Source: a virus
Lineage: Duplodnaviria; Heunggongvirae; Uroviricota; Caudoviricetes
IMG/VR virus record: IMGVR_UViG_2563366946_000012
Length of the DNA stretch: 37,467 bases
Reading direction: 5' to 3' (one strand)
Shown here piece after piece: positions 9,473-18,520 of this stretch. The notes under the pieces are model-generated. The model made no database searches. It saw nothing but the letters and a program-made list of their open reading frames with translations, and had not been told where the DNA came from. The translations under genes were made by a program, and so were the position numbers. Numbering within the stretch: position 1 is the first letter of the stretch; every line of letters begins with the position of its first letter.

Positions 9473-9632
9473 TCAGCGGTTCGTCCCAGTCTGCCGGGTT
9501 TTTGCTGATTTTGCGCACCTGCTTCAGGTCTTTTACCGTCAGGCGTTTCAGTTCAACCTGCTCAATTCTGGTGCCTGCAGCAGTGGTGAAGGGATAAGAC
9601 AATTTAAAAGTATCGGATGGGGTCTGTGACAT
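9297..9632 (-). CDS. Tail assembly chaperone (P2 gpE / Mu gp41-like)
   Basis: 111-aa ORF between tube and tape measure; contains …LLPEDLDNMDLADYLQLQKRF…, resembling gpE-type chaperones. Confidence 0.55.
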   Translation of the reverse strand: MSQTPSDTFKLSYPFTTAAGTRIEQVELKRLTVKDLKQVRKISKNPADWDEPLIARSTGLLPEDLDNMDLADYLQLQKRFQLITGMGESNQGADAGAGAAGEMVPVSAGGD

Positions 9633-9729
9633 GATTGTGCTCCTGTGTAAGTTCAGGGCAGTATGTCGGGAGAAGCGCGTGACGGATATTAAAGGAGATT
9701 AAGAAGAAGGGGCCGGAGCCCCTGTGATG

Positions 9730-10011
9730 TCAGCAAGTGCGAAACCCCTTGCAGTTACGCAGGAAAGCGATGAGAAGCGTCTTTCCCTCAGATTTGCCGG
9801 TGCCGGAGAACCAGTGGTCGGGAGGCTCCCATGCTTCAATCAAATCCGCCAGTTTGCGGGCCTTTGAACGTGTGCAGTCAATCGGGTCATTGGTTTTACG
9901 GGTATTAAAAAGGGTTTCCACCCCCGGAATATCAAGGAGGGTAAACCACGTACCATTTGACATGCCCAGTGCCGCACATCGTCCTCCTTTATCCGTCAGT
10001 TCAACACTCAC
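9730..10011 (-). CDS. Hypothetical small protein between tube and chaperone genes
   Basis: 93-aa ORF starting 3 nt after the tube gene stop; followed by a GC-rich hairpin near 9695-9715. No recognisable family. Confidence 0.3.
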   Translation of the reverse strand: MSVELTDKGGRCAALGMSNGTWFTLLDIPGVETLFNTRKTNDPIDCTRSKARKLADLIEAWEPPDHWFSGTGKSEGKTLLIAFLRNCKGFRTC

Positions 10012-10013
10012 CG

Positions 10014-10535
10014 TCAGCCCCCGATATTGATACGGTAGTCAGTCAGTTGATCAACACCGCCGACCCGGAAGATGTTGGCCAGATAGTCCAGTTGCAGCAG
10101 CTCTTCACCATCCAGTACCTGTCTGATATACGTGCAGGTGAAGCTACTGGAGAACTCGGCGTTCTCGTGCTGTTTGAACGTCCCCAGCGGGTTCTTCTTG
10201 AACATAATCGTCAGGAAGGTGACCAGCGGGATTTCGTCAATCAGCCCCTGCGAGCTGTAGCGCTGGACGCTGGAACGACACTGCAGTGCCAGCGACCTGT
10301 ACGGGTTCGCGGCTGACAGCATCGCATCGCGGTAAAAGCTGTTCCATTTGATTTCGCCTTCCAGTTTGTCAAAACCAGCCGGGAGTTCCACCTTACCCAC
10401 CATCCCCAGCGCCTTGTGTTCCTGCATAATCATGGAGACATCGGGGAGTTTAACTTCCTCAGCCCGTCCCAGCAGGTTAGTACCATCCAGATAGATGTTG
10501 GCATTCGTGATGCGGTTTATCTCAATCTTTGACAT
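10014..10535 (-). CDS. Tail tube protein
   Basis: 173-aa ORF immediately downstream of the sheath gene (overlapping stop/start); size and position typical of contractile-tail tube proteins. Confidence 0.75.
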   Translation of the reverse strand: MSKIEINRITNANIYLDGTNLLGRAEEVKLPDVSMIMQEHKALGMVGKVELPAGFDKLEGEIKWNSFYRDAMLSAANPYRSLALQCRSSVQRYSSQGLIDEIPLVTFLTIMFKKNPLGTFKQHENAEFSSSFTCTYIRQVLDGEELLQLDYLANIFRVGGVDQLTDYRINIGG

Positions 10536-11962
10536 CAGTTGCCCCCTTTCAGGGTTAACAGGTATTCCGAGGTGATCTCAGTCTCAAACGTCAGTCGCTC
10601 CAGCGGCGGCGGTGGCGTATATTTGTAACTCAGCAACAGGTGCCCGGCGGCCAGCTCCGTCTCCGGATTGCGGGCCGGATCAAACCAGCAACGGAAGCCC
10701 AGTACCGCACCATCACCAGTCATTTTGCGACCGTAGGCGTTGACCGACTCCGTCAGTGCATCAATCAGCGCCTGAGTAATCGGCATGTCGATGTACTGCT
10801 GGCTGAAATAACGAATGGACTCGTTGATCACATCACCGGTGCGGCGAACGTTCTCAAAGTTACGCATATGGGTGACCGTTGGCCATGCTGCCGTCCGGTT
10901 ACCCCACAGACGAAGGCCGCTGCCGTAACTGCTGAATACCGTGGTGATCCCCTGTTCGTTAAGCAGGTTCACCTCACTCTGCGGGTCATCAATCATCGCG
11001 GACAGCTGGCGCTCCACGCCGGTGATCCCCAGAATCTCCTGATTGGAGGATGACCACCAGTAGCCCTTGTCCAGATCGACTCTGGCACGCAGACCTGCTG
11101 CACGCTGGCTGAGCGGCTCCAGACGCTCTGTGTTTGTCACCGGGTCATATACCTTCACATGCGGATAGCACAGACGGACGCGGTCGGAGCTGGTATTGAA
11201 GTTGATGGTGCCTTCCGGGCCACGACCTGCCAGAGCCTGTGCAAAGGTGGTACCGACAGGCGCATCAATGTAGGTTACCGCGCCCAGCTTCTCTGCCATG
11301 GCGATAAGCTCAACTGCGACACTCTTCTGGGTGCAGAACACCGGCGCAATCAGAATTTTGGCGAAATAGCCGTACAGGTTGAAGCTGTCGTTAAGCAGCT
11401 TCATGCCGGTTCGGTTTCCGGCGCTGTTCACCCCGCCGATGATGTCCGCCGCAGTCACCTTCGACGGGTCCGCGTACTCATAGCTCACCTTCACGCTGCC
11501 ATCGGCCTCAATAGCCTTGCCCAGGTTCGTGAGCACACCCGCCTGCGCATCAACACGGTAGTCCGTGTTCGCCGTGTGGGTGGTGCTGCCTTCACTGTTT
11601 TTCACCACCACATTAGCGACAACCGGATGCGCCAGTCTGGCCTGCCCTGTCGATTTGTCAAAGGTAACCACCTCATCCTCGATCGCCGTTTTATGTTTCG
11701 CCGGGTCGAGGACGTTAATGACCAGAACGGTGCCTGCACCATGGTCATAAATCGCATCCAGCGCCTGCGGAATGGTAAAGCCGGTGAACTGGCTGCCAAA
11801 TGCCGCTGCGTCTTTCTCAGACAGGCACTGTACCAGCGTATTGACATCCCCCATCGGGGCGGTACCAATCAGGCCAATAACGGCAGATTTCACCGTTTTA
11901 ACCGGGCGGGCTCCGTTTTCCACCTCAATGGTTTCGACGCCATGCAGATAGTTAGCTGCCAT
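10535..11962 (-). CDS. Tail sheath protein
   Basis: 475-aa ORF preceding the tube gene; typical sheath size and order. Confidence 0.8.
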   Translation of the reverse strand: MAANYLHGVETIEVENGARPVKTVKSAVIGLIGTAPMGDVNTLVQCLSEKDAAAFGSQFTGFTIPQALDAIYDHGAGTVLVINVLDPAKHKTAIEDEVVTFDKSTGQARLAHPVVANVVVKNSEGSTTHTANTDYRVDAQAGVLTNLGKAIEADGSVKVSYEYADPSKVTAADIIGGVNSAGNRTGMKLLNDSFNLYGYFAKILIAPVFCTQKSVAVELIAMAEKLGAVTYIDAPVGTTFAQALAGRGPEGTINFNTSSDRVRLCYPHVKVYDPVTNTERLEPLSQRAAGLRARVDLDKGYWWSSSNQEILGITGVERQLSAMIDDPQSEVNLLNEQGITTVFSSYGSGLRLWGNRTAAWPTVTHMRNFENVRRTGDVINESIRYFSQQYIDMPITQALIDALTESVNAYGRKMTGDGAVLGFRCWFDPARNPETELAAGHLLLSYKYTPPPPLERLTFETEITSEYLLTLKGGN

Positions 11963-12206
11963 GGGAGTCCTCCGTTTTCACTTCGCTGTCACTGCTGCTT
12001 CTGCGCTTTGGTGACTGCACAGCCGGTGTGACGGCGGGTTTAGTCTCTTCAGATACCGGCGTCAGGTGCTTCAGCGCCACCAGTACCTTCACGTAGTCAT
12101 GCTCCTCCGGCAGGGAAACCGTCTTCCCCGGCCAGAGCAGGATTTCGGTTCCGTCCGACAGCGTGACGCCGCTGGCCGGGCCGGAATAGCGGTATTCTTT
12201 CATCAC
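11952..12206 (-). CDS. Hypothetical small virion-associated protein
   Basis: 84-aa ORF between the gp37-like gene and the sheath, overlapping both. Confidence 0.35.
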   Translation of the reverse strand: MMKEYRYSGPASGVTLSDGTEILLWPGKTVSLPEEHDYVKVLVALKHLTPVSEETKPAVTPAVQSPKRRSSSDSEVKTEDSHGS

Positions 12207-12667
12207 TCGCTTTCCTCATAGTTCACTTCGGTTAACAGCGGGCCGGACGGTAAATCGCTGTCTTCGATAAAGACGCTTTCAGTCGCGAAGTCGAGGGCGT
12301 ATTGCCACAGCCCCCTGACTTCACCGATAAACACCTCGCGGGTCAGCCAGATACGGCGGCGGCACCCGGGCGGGGTGTGGCCACCGAGAATGCGGCGGAC
12401 AGCATCCAGGACATTAATCGCCCCTTTTTTACCGTTGAGCTGGCGGAAGACCACCGTGACGCAGAGCTGGATAGTCTGAGACTGGATCACCGCACCGGTA
12501 TCATCCGGCCTGTCAAAGCGCGAACCGGCATAGCTCAACAGCAACGCGCCAACCGGATGGTTCAGGCGATATTCAGCCGGTTTCTCCGGGAAGTACTCCA
12601 CCTGCAGTTGCGGCAGCTTCTCGCGTAACCGGGCCAGTACCGCATCAAGGACGGGCAGAACGTTCAT
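12203..12667 (-). CDS. Mu gp37-like virion protein (head-tail joining/neck region)
   Basis: 154-aa ORF in the position of Mu K/gp37, between head and sheath genes. Confidence 0.45.
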   Translation of the reverse strand: MNVLPVLDAVLARLREKLPQLQVEYFPEKPAEYRLNHPVGALLLSYAGSRFDRPDDTGAVIQSQTIQLCVTVVFRQLNGKKGAINVLDAVRRILGGHTPPGCRRRIWLTREVFIGEVRGLWQYALDFATESVFIEDSDLPSGPLLTEVNYEESE

Positions 12668-13113
12668 CAGTATTTCTCCAGTAAACCGTCACGACCGCCG
12701 AAAGTGGCCGGGCGACTGCGTACACGAAACTCGCCAGGCTCAGGCACATCTTTCTGAGTGGACGGCAGCCCCAGCGTGAGCCTGTTATCACGTAACTCCC
12801 TGAGTTGCCGCAGCGCTTCTTTGTGGTCATCCTTCACCGTATCCGGGAGGTCACCTTCCGGGCGGCGGGCGTAGAGCCGGTAACGGACCAGCGTGATGGC
12901 AATGTCCCGCAGAACAGTCGGTATCTCTGCCAGTGGCAGGATATAGCGTCCGCGCAGATGGGCATCAATCAGCTCGTCGGCATAGCGGATACAGCTGTCC
13001 ACCACACGGGTATTCACTGTTGCAGGCGAGTCGAAGTCCATCTCTTCACTGGTGAGCTCGATAAGCGTCCGCTCCGGCACCTGCGCAAGCAAATCCTCCA
13101 GGGTGCAGTACAT
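12667..13113 (-). CDS. Mu gp36-like protein (DUF1320-type)
   Basis: Track ORF 12667..13275 has an implausible N-terminal extension; the internal ATG (MYCTLEDLLAQVPERT…) at about 13113 overlaps the upstream gene's stop, giving about 148 aa. Confidence 0.45.
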   Translation of the reverse strand: MYCTLEDLLAQVPERTLIELTSEEMDFDSPATVNTRVVDSCIRYADELIDAHLRGRYILPLAEIPTVLRDIAITLVRYRLYARRPEGDLPDTVKDDHKEALRQLRELRDNRLTLGLPSTQKDVPEPGEFRVRSRPATFGGRDGLLEKY

Positions 13114-13114
13114 G

Positions 13115-13453
13115 TCACACCCCGCGCAGGATACGAATGACGTCGCCTTCACCCCCGGCTTCATCAAGTGCAATACCACAGGATTTACCGTCGCCGGACT
13201 GCGGCACGGCTCTGGCCTGAGCATCTGACTGAACAGCCACACCACGGCTGACAGCGGCCCCGGCCTCGACAGCAATAATGCCCAGAACGCTCACCGGCGT
13301 GCTGTCGCCGGTAACAGCATCCACTTCGGCAACCCCGAGCGCTGCGGCACCGGCTTTACAGGGGGTATTATCTGCCCCGACAAAACGCTGCTGTGCCAGT
13401 GCTGCCCCTGCCGTTACGGTTGTGATCAGAATGACCTGCTGAGTGGTTCCCAT
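13115..13453 (-). CDS. Small Ala/Gly/Val-rich head-associated protein (possible decoration/cement protein)
   Basis: 112-aa ORF directly downstream of the major head gene; composition typical of small capsid accessory proteins. Confidence 0.35.
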   Translation of the reverse strand: MGTTQQVILITTVTAGAALAQQRFVGADNTPCKAGAAALGVAEVDAVTGDSTPVSVLGIIAVEAGAAVSRGVAVQSDAQARAVPQSGDGKSCGIALDEAGGEGDVIRILRGV

Positions 13454-13462
13454 AACGCCTCC

Positions 13463-14416
13463 TTATTTACTGATACCGGTAATGAGATACCCGGCATCGC
13501 CACCAACCACGGCGACTTTGTAGATATCGGTATAACGGCAGTACTTCACCTTGCCACCGGCTCCGTCGTATTTGTCGGCAACAGGCATCCCCTTACGACG
13601 CAGGGTGTAGCCGAAGGACGGCTCGTTCTCGTCCGCGCTGTCCGCCCCCGGCTGCGGTTTGCCGACATAGTGCAGCATCAGATTGTCTCCCCAGATATCC
13701 GCCGGCACGCTGTTCTTATCCATTGCCGCTTTCATGGACGGCAGGGAGACCGGGGCACCGATGACGATCTCTTCGATCTGAAAGAGGTCCTGCAGGATTT
13801 CTGTGGTGATGCGCTTGCGTTCGTTGGCTCCGATGGCGGCCTGAATCGCCGGGTGGAACTTCAGCAGCGCCATCACGCCGGCCCCCATGGTCATCAGGTT
13901 AGGACGCAGCCCCGTGGCCGTACGGACCGCTTCCATACCGGCTTCAATCACCCCGATGGGGTCCCCCTTACCACCGGCCCAGCGATCACTGGCTGTCAGT
14001 TTTTTGACGTGCCCGGTACGGTAGACCTTTTCATCCTGAGCCAGACGGGCAGCGATAAGTTCACGGCGCAGGTTCACGCCATTCGTGGCGCGACGGATGG
14101 CCTTGCTCTCTTCGTTAAACATGGACTCCGCCTGCTCGCGATAGTCCACCGGCGCAGCCAGATCGTGTTCACCCAGCACCAGGTCCAGCGTGCCTGTTTT
14201 TTCACGGACCAGAACATTGCTGTCCGCCCCGACGGCACGCTCGGTGTCATATTCCACAAAGGCGGTTTTCCCGAAGGTCGGTACACGCACGCCTTCCTTG
14301 TCCGTCAGCACGACGGGGAAAATACGTTCGCCGATGAATGCGGCATTTTTATAGCCACGGGCGATACTGGTCAGTACCGGATCAACGACACGTTTACCTT
14401 TTAAGTAATCAGACAT
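13463..14416 (-). CDS. Major head subunit (Mu gpT-like)
   Basis: 317-aa ORF following the protease/scaffold gene; size and position match Mu T. Confidence 0.75.
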   Translation of the reverse strand: MSDYLKGKRVVDPVLTSIARGYKNAAFIGERIFPVVLTDKEGVRVPTFGKTAFVEYDTERAVGADSNVLVREKTGTLDLVLGEHDLAAPVDYREQAESMFNEESKAIRRATNGVNLRRELIAARLAQDEKVYRTGHVKKLTASDRWAGGKGDPIGVIEAGMEAVRTATGLRPNLMTMGAGVMALLKFHPAIQAAIGANERKRITTEILQDLFQIEEIVIGAPVSLPSMKAAMDKNSVPADIWGDNLMLHYVGKPQPGADSADENEPSFGYTLRRKGMPVADKYDGAGGKVKYCRYTDIYKVAVVGGDAGYLITGISK

Positions 14417-14430
14417 GCTCTCTCCTTAAA

Positions 14431-15546
14431 TTACAGGCAGCGTGCGACAGCAGCCTCATAGCTGATGCCTTCTTTTTTGGACAGGGCCACTGCTTTCTGA
14501 TGCAGGGCCAGACGCTCAGGATCGGCTTCCGCAAACTCTGCCACATCCACCTTCACCGTGTCGCCGACACGCTCTTTTGTGGCCTGTTCGGCGAAATTCA
14601 TCACCGGCTCCCCGTCGGAGAGCAATGAACGAAAGGCGGTGGCCAGCGGTGTGCGGCTTTCCCCCTCAGCAAACTCCACCGGCTTGTCGCCACCGGCGAC
14701 GGCATCCAGCAGGGCAACCACCACGGAGGAGGCGCGGGGAGCCAGACGGCCCTCTGCGACCAGTTTTTCTGCAAAGGCCACATTGTCCTTATGCAGTTGC
14801 TCCTGTCTGACCTGTGCATCACGCGCATCGCGATCAGCAGCCTGCTGCTTCAGGCGGCGGTTCTCCTCCTGAAGGGCTTCAATCTCTTCTTTTGTCATCG
14901 ATGATTCCTCGTTACTTGCGGAAGACGGCCCCGGGCCTGTCTCACTGAATTGTGCACCTGCTGCATCCTGCGACAGTGTGTCGCGGTACGCCTCTTCGCG
15001 CAGACTGTTGAGCTGCCATTCCGGCAGGACTTTTTCTGCCTCGTCCAGACTGAAGCGGGCGATCAGAAAATCGCGCAGCTTTCCCCACAGGGAGGCATTC
15101 GTGATGGCCTGCCAGTCGGCGAACTCCACCACACCTTCTTCCTGCTCACTGAAGGACACCTGTTTCAGCCCCTTGACGGAAGGTGGCTGTGCCCCGAGAA
15201 AGCCCACATGGCGAAGGTAGAGCACGCCGGGCTTCGGATTGGACGGTGAATCCGGGAGGTAGAAAGAGGCGGACACTTTTTTGAATCGTCCGTCGGTGAC
15301 CATCTCAGCAAACTGCGGGTCCAGCTGGGCAGGCTCTGCCATCAGATCGACGCCGCTGAGCGACAGGGCTTTCACCCAGCCCCACGCCGGGTCTTCCGTT
15401 CTGGGATGACCAATCACGAGTGGTGCTTCATGGACGGACGGGTCATAGGCTTTCACGCAGGCGGCAAGATCGTCTGGCGTGAACGGCAGTTTTTTGCCGT
15501 GCATATCGGTATGAGTACCGGCTTTAAAAATGTGAATGGCTGACAT
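14431..15546 (-). CDS. Head maturation protease / scaffold (Mu gpI-like)
   Basis: 371-aa ORF with globular N-terminal half and Glu/Ala/Arg-rich coiled-coil C-terminal half (…KEEIEALQEENRRLKQQAADRDARD…), the Mu I/Z arrangement. Confidence 0.75.
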   Translation of the reverse strand: MSAIHIFKAGTHTDMHGKKLPFTPDDLAACVKAYDPSVHEAPLVIGHPRTEDPAWGWVKALSLSGVDLMAEPAQLDPQFAEMVTDGRFKKVSASFYLPDSPSNPKPGVLYLRHVGFLGAQPPSVKGLKQVSFSEQEEGVVEFADWQAITNASLWGKLRDFLIARFSLDEAEKVLPEWQLNSLREEAYRDTLSQDAAGAQFSETGPGPSSASNEESSMTKEEIEALQEENRRLKQQAADRDARDAQVRQEQLHKDNVAFAEKLVAEGRLAPRASSVVVALLDAVAGGDKPVEFAEGESRTPLATAFRSLLSDGEPVMNFAEQATKERVGDTVKVDVAEFAEADPERLALHQKAVALSKKEGISYEAAVARCL

Positions 15547-15760
15547 TTTGCTGTCCCGCGTTATGTTGTCGGAGACAGTTTGTGAGAAATGCAGGCCCGG
15601 CGATTTTAATCTGCTTTAGAAAACATCAGGGGAGAAGGACAGGGAAAGCAATGCGGTGAACCGGAGGCGGTTATAAAACAGAGGCTGTAAAGCCTTTATA
15701 AAGGTAATACAGCCCCTCATTCGCTGGCAATGATAAATCACCCGCCTGAAGAGAGAAAAC

Positions 15761-16219
15761 TCAGCGACGGGCCGCTGATTCAAGATGGCGGACAATGGTA
15801 TCGAGGATGGGGATTACCACTTCAGGCTGTAGTTCTCCATCCCCCGTCACCGGCAGGAACGGGCGGGCCGGAAGTTCAACAGACTCATTACGCCCCGTTT
15901 TACCCCCGAACTGGTGAATGGCACCGTAAACAACGTTGGTCCCCACAACAGCCTGCCGGTCGTCATGGTCGGTTGATACTGACCCCATCAGACGCCCGGT
16001 ATCCTGCAGTGTCTGCCCGTCACGTTCTTCCGCTGCCAGCGAGGGGATCCACCCCGGACGCCCCTCATCAAGAAAGTTAAACTGTGTTTCCGCCAGCAGG
16101 GTTCCGGCGATTTTGCGCATCGCGGGCTCCAGGTCTGTGGCAGCAAGATCCAGCGCACGGAGGCTCCGGCGCAGGGATTTATCGTTAATGGTGATACTGA
16201 CCAGGTTATCGGAAGCCAT
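15761..16219 (-). CDS. Virion morphogenesis protein (Mu gpG-like)
   Basis: 152-aa ORF between the F-like and I-like genes, the position of Mu G. Confidence 0.7.
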   Translation of the reverse strand: MASDNLVSITINDKSLRRSLRALDLAATDLEPAMRKIAGTLLAETQFNFLDEGRPGWIPSLAAEERDGQTLQDTGRLMGSVSTDHDDRQAVVGTNVVYGAIHQFGGKTGRNESVELPARPFLPVTGDGELQPEVVIPILDTIVRHLESAARR

Positions 16220-16221
16220 TG

Positions 16222-17043
16222 TTATCCTCTCAGTTCCTGTTGTGCCAGTGGCTGAAGCGTACCCTGATAGCGGGCCAGGTCGGGACGGTATGCTGCCCCC
16301 GGTGCATAAGACCAGCCGACGTCGGTGGTCACCTTCGTGGTGCCGGTATTAAAGGTGGCCACGTTCCGCATTTCGCCGGTTTTCTCTGAGACCAGTTTCA
16401 GTTCCTGGCCCATGGCAGAGCCGGAGCTGATAACCTTCAGGCCACGGGCACGTACATCCGCCGCACTCAGGGCAATCACACTACAGCGGCAGCGCCAGCC
16501 GTTCGGCGGGTAAAATGCCTGCCAGAACGGGTCATCCCAGCGCAGCACCAGACCATGCAGCGCCAGATGGCTCCTGCGGGTATGGCTGTCGTTGATGCCG
16601 GTATACATCCAGTACGGCCTGTCGTCGACGTTTTCCATCTGTTCCGCCCAACGACCGGCGCTGTAGAGTACGGACATATTGGTGCGAAAGATGGTATCGA
16701 GCCGCCACGGACTGCCCTGCTGAATGGTGACCGGCTTACCCGTTACCGGGTCAGTCGTGTCACGTGGTCCCCACCATCCCTTACGCTTCAGCACCGGCTC
16801 CAGCTCCTGCCGGAACCAGCGATCGGTTTTTCCTTCATCGACAGCCTGCTGCAGTGCCCCGCGAATATCTTCCAGGATATCCAGGCGGGTCACTTTAGCA
16901 ACGGTAAAGGCGCGGGCATGGGCCTCCTGCCACATTTCTTCCCAGTCCCAGGTAATCTGATACCCTTTGGACTTCAGGTAACTGACTGCCCGCTTCGGGG
17001 GAAGCGTCATGCAGTACGCCAGTTCAGCCGTTGTCACGCTCAT
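16222..17043 (-). CDS. Head morphogenesis protein (Mu F-like)
   Basis: Contains …YTGINDSHTRRSHLALHGLVLRWDDPFWQAFYPPNGWRCRCSV…, typical of the Mu F family. Track ORF begins at 17070; an internal ATG near 17043 with a GGGG RBS is the more likely start. Confidence 0.8.
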   Translation of the reverse strand: MSVTTAELAYCMTLPPKRAVSYLKSKGYQITWDWEEMWQEAHARAFTVAKVTRLDILEDIRGALQQAVDEGKTDRWFRQELEPVLKRKGWWGPRDTTDPVTGKPVTIQQGSPWRLDTIFRTNMSVLYSAGRWAEQMENVDDRPYWMYTGINDSHTRRSHLALHGLVLRWDDPFWQAFYPPNGWRCRCSVIALSAADVRARGLKVISSGSAMGQELKLVSEKTGEMRNVATFNTGTTKVTTDVGWSYAPGAAYRPDLARYQGTLQPLAQQELRG

Positions 17044-18520
17044 GCAGACGTCCCCAGATATTTGCCACAAAGAGAATGCGGGCCAGCCGTTCCTGCAGAT
17101 CGTCCGTGTTCATCTGAGGGTAGAGCTCCGCCAGTTCGCCCAGCAGCTCAGTCGGGTTAACCCCGTTTTCGACCCGCTTAAACAGAGGTGCCAGGACGGG
17201 TTCCAGCGTGCCATTTAACACACCTCCGTTCATCAGAATGTCCAGCGCGTCGTCAAGCTGCTGCTGAGCCTGAATATCGGCATCAATCGCCTCGGCAAAT
17301 GACAGCGGCAGCATGTTATTCTGGCGTTCCGACGGTGGTGTCTCGTCAATATCGCCGTCCTGCAGCTGGTACTCACGCTTAAAGTATTGCGGGGTCAGAC
17401 GCAGACCCGCCCGGGTGAGTTTTTCGTCGCGGGTGGCGCGGGTGTCATCAATGGTCTCCTGTTCCCACATGGCCCAGACCGGACACGGCACATCGCCGAA
17501 GTTCAGGGTGACCACCGTTCTGATAACCTGATTCACTGCTGCCTGAATGATGTCCGCATCCGCATCGCGGATATCAGCCGTTACCTCCAGCCCGGCCTGT
17601 GCAGAGGCCTTGTTACTGTTCGCTTCCGTGGTCTGATTCTGACCAAGTAATGCAATGGAGATCTCACTGCGTGACAGTGTGATCAGCTCGCGGAATACCT
17701 CGCTGCTGTCCGCCTTACCATCCGCGGCTTTGAGTTCGATGCTGCTGTCATCGGGGATGGCGGCCACCGCGTCCTCCACCATCTGCTCCATGGAGTCCAG
17801 CAGTTTTTCAATCTCTGCATCATTTGCACCCCTCGGGTGCTTACCGATCACCCACGGGGAGCCAAACTTTTCGGCAAAGCGGAGCCAGAATTTCATCCCG
17901 CCTTTCTTGAAGGCGACCGGCCAGAAGCACATGGACAGGTCCGGGAAACCGTAAGGATTGTCATACGAGGCATCCTGTGCCGGCACCACGAATTTTGACG
18001 GTGACAGCAGCTCACCCTCCACACCCGCACCACGCGCCCGGAAGCGCAGGCAGTTGTCCGTATCAAACTGAAACCACTCAGGCGGTTTGCCGACAATATC
18101 CGTCACTGCCCACGCCCTGACCGAACGGCCCCACATGATTTCACAGGGCTGATACCCGTAGAGCACGGCATCACTCATCTCACCGATGATGCGGGACAGA
18201 TCCAGATCGTCGAGCATGTCGCGGATGAAACGGAAGACCCGGGCAGAAGCGTGACCGCGCTCCAGTCCACGCTCCAGTGATTTGAGCGCTGCTTTACGTC
18301 TGCGGATACAGCCCCCGACCAGCGGGTCGGTGCGCAGTTCGCGGTAGATACGGATATCCCGTCCCTGAGCCTTGAGAATGGGATCAGGATTGGGCAGATA
18401 CATGCCCAGTCCGTAAAAGTCGATCGCGCGGCTGCGGGAGGCAATCTGCGCGGTCAGTGATTTCTGAGGCTCAGAAAAAGCAACAAATTCATCGGGTGAA
18501 ACCCAGATACCCCTCGCCAT
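17024..18520 (-). CDS. Portal protein (Mu gp29-like)
   Basis: 498-aa ORF immediately downstream of the large terminase (overlapping stop/start), upstream of the F-like gene. Confidence 0.8.
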   Translation of the reverse strand: MARGIWVSPDEFVAFSEPQKSLTAQIASRSRAIDFYGLGMYLPNPDPILKAQGRDIRIYRELRTDPLVGGCIRRRKAALKSLERGLERGHASARVFRFIRDMLDDLDLSRIIGEMSDAVLYGYQPCEIMWGRSVRAWAVTDIVGKPPEWFQFDTDNCLRFRARGAGVEGELLSPSKFVVPAQDASYDNPYGFPDLSMCFWPVAFKKGGMKFWLRFAEKFGSPWVIGKHPRGANDAEIEKLLDSMEQMVEDAVAAIPDDSSIELKAADGKADSSEVFRELITLSRSEISIALLGQNQTTEANSNKASAQAGLEVTADIRDADADIIQAAVNQVIRTVVTLNFGDVPCPVWAMWEQETIDDTRATRDEKLTRAGLRLTPQYFKREYQLQDGDIDETPPSERQNNMLPLSFAEAIDADIQAQQQLDDALDILMNGGVLNGTLEPVLAPLFKRVENGVNPTELLGELAELYPQMNTDDLQERLARILFVANIWGRLHERDNG

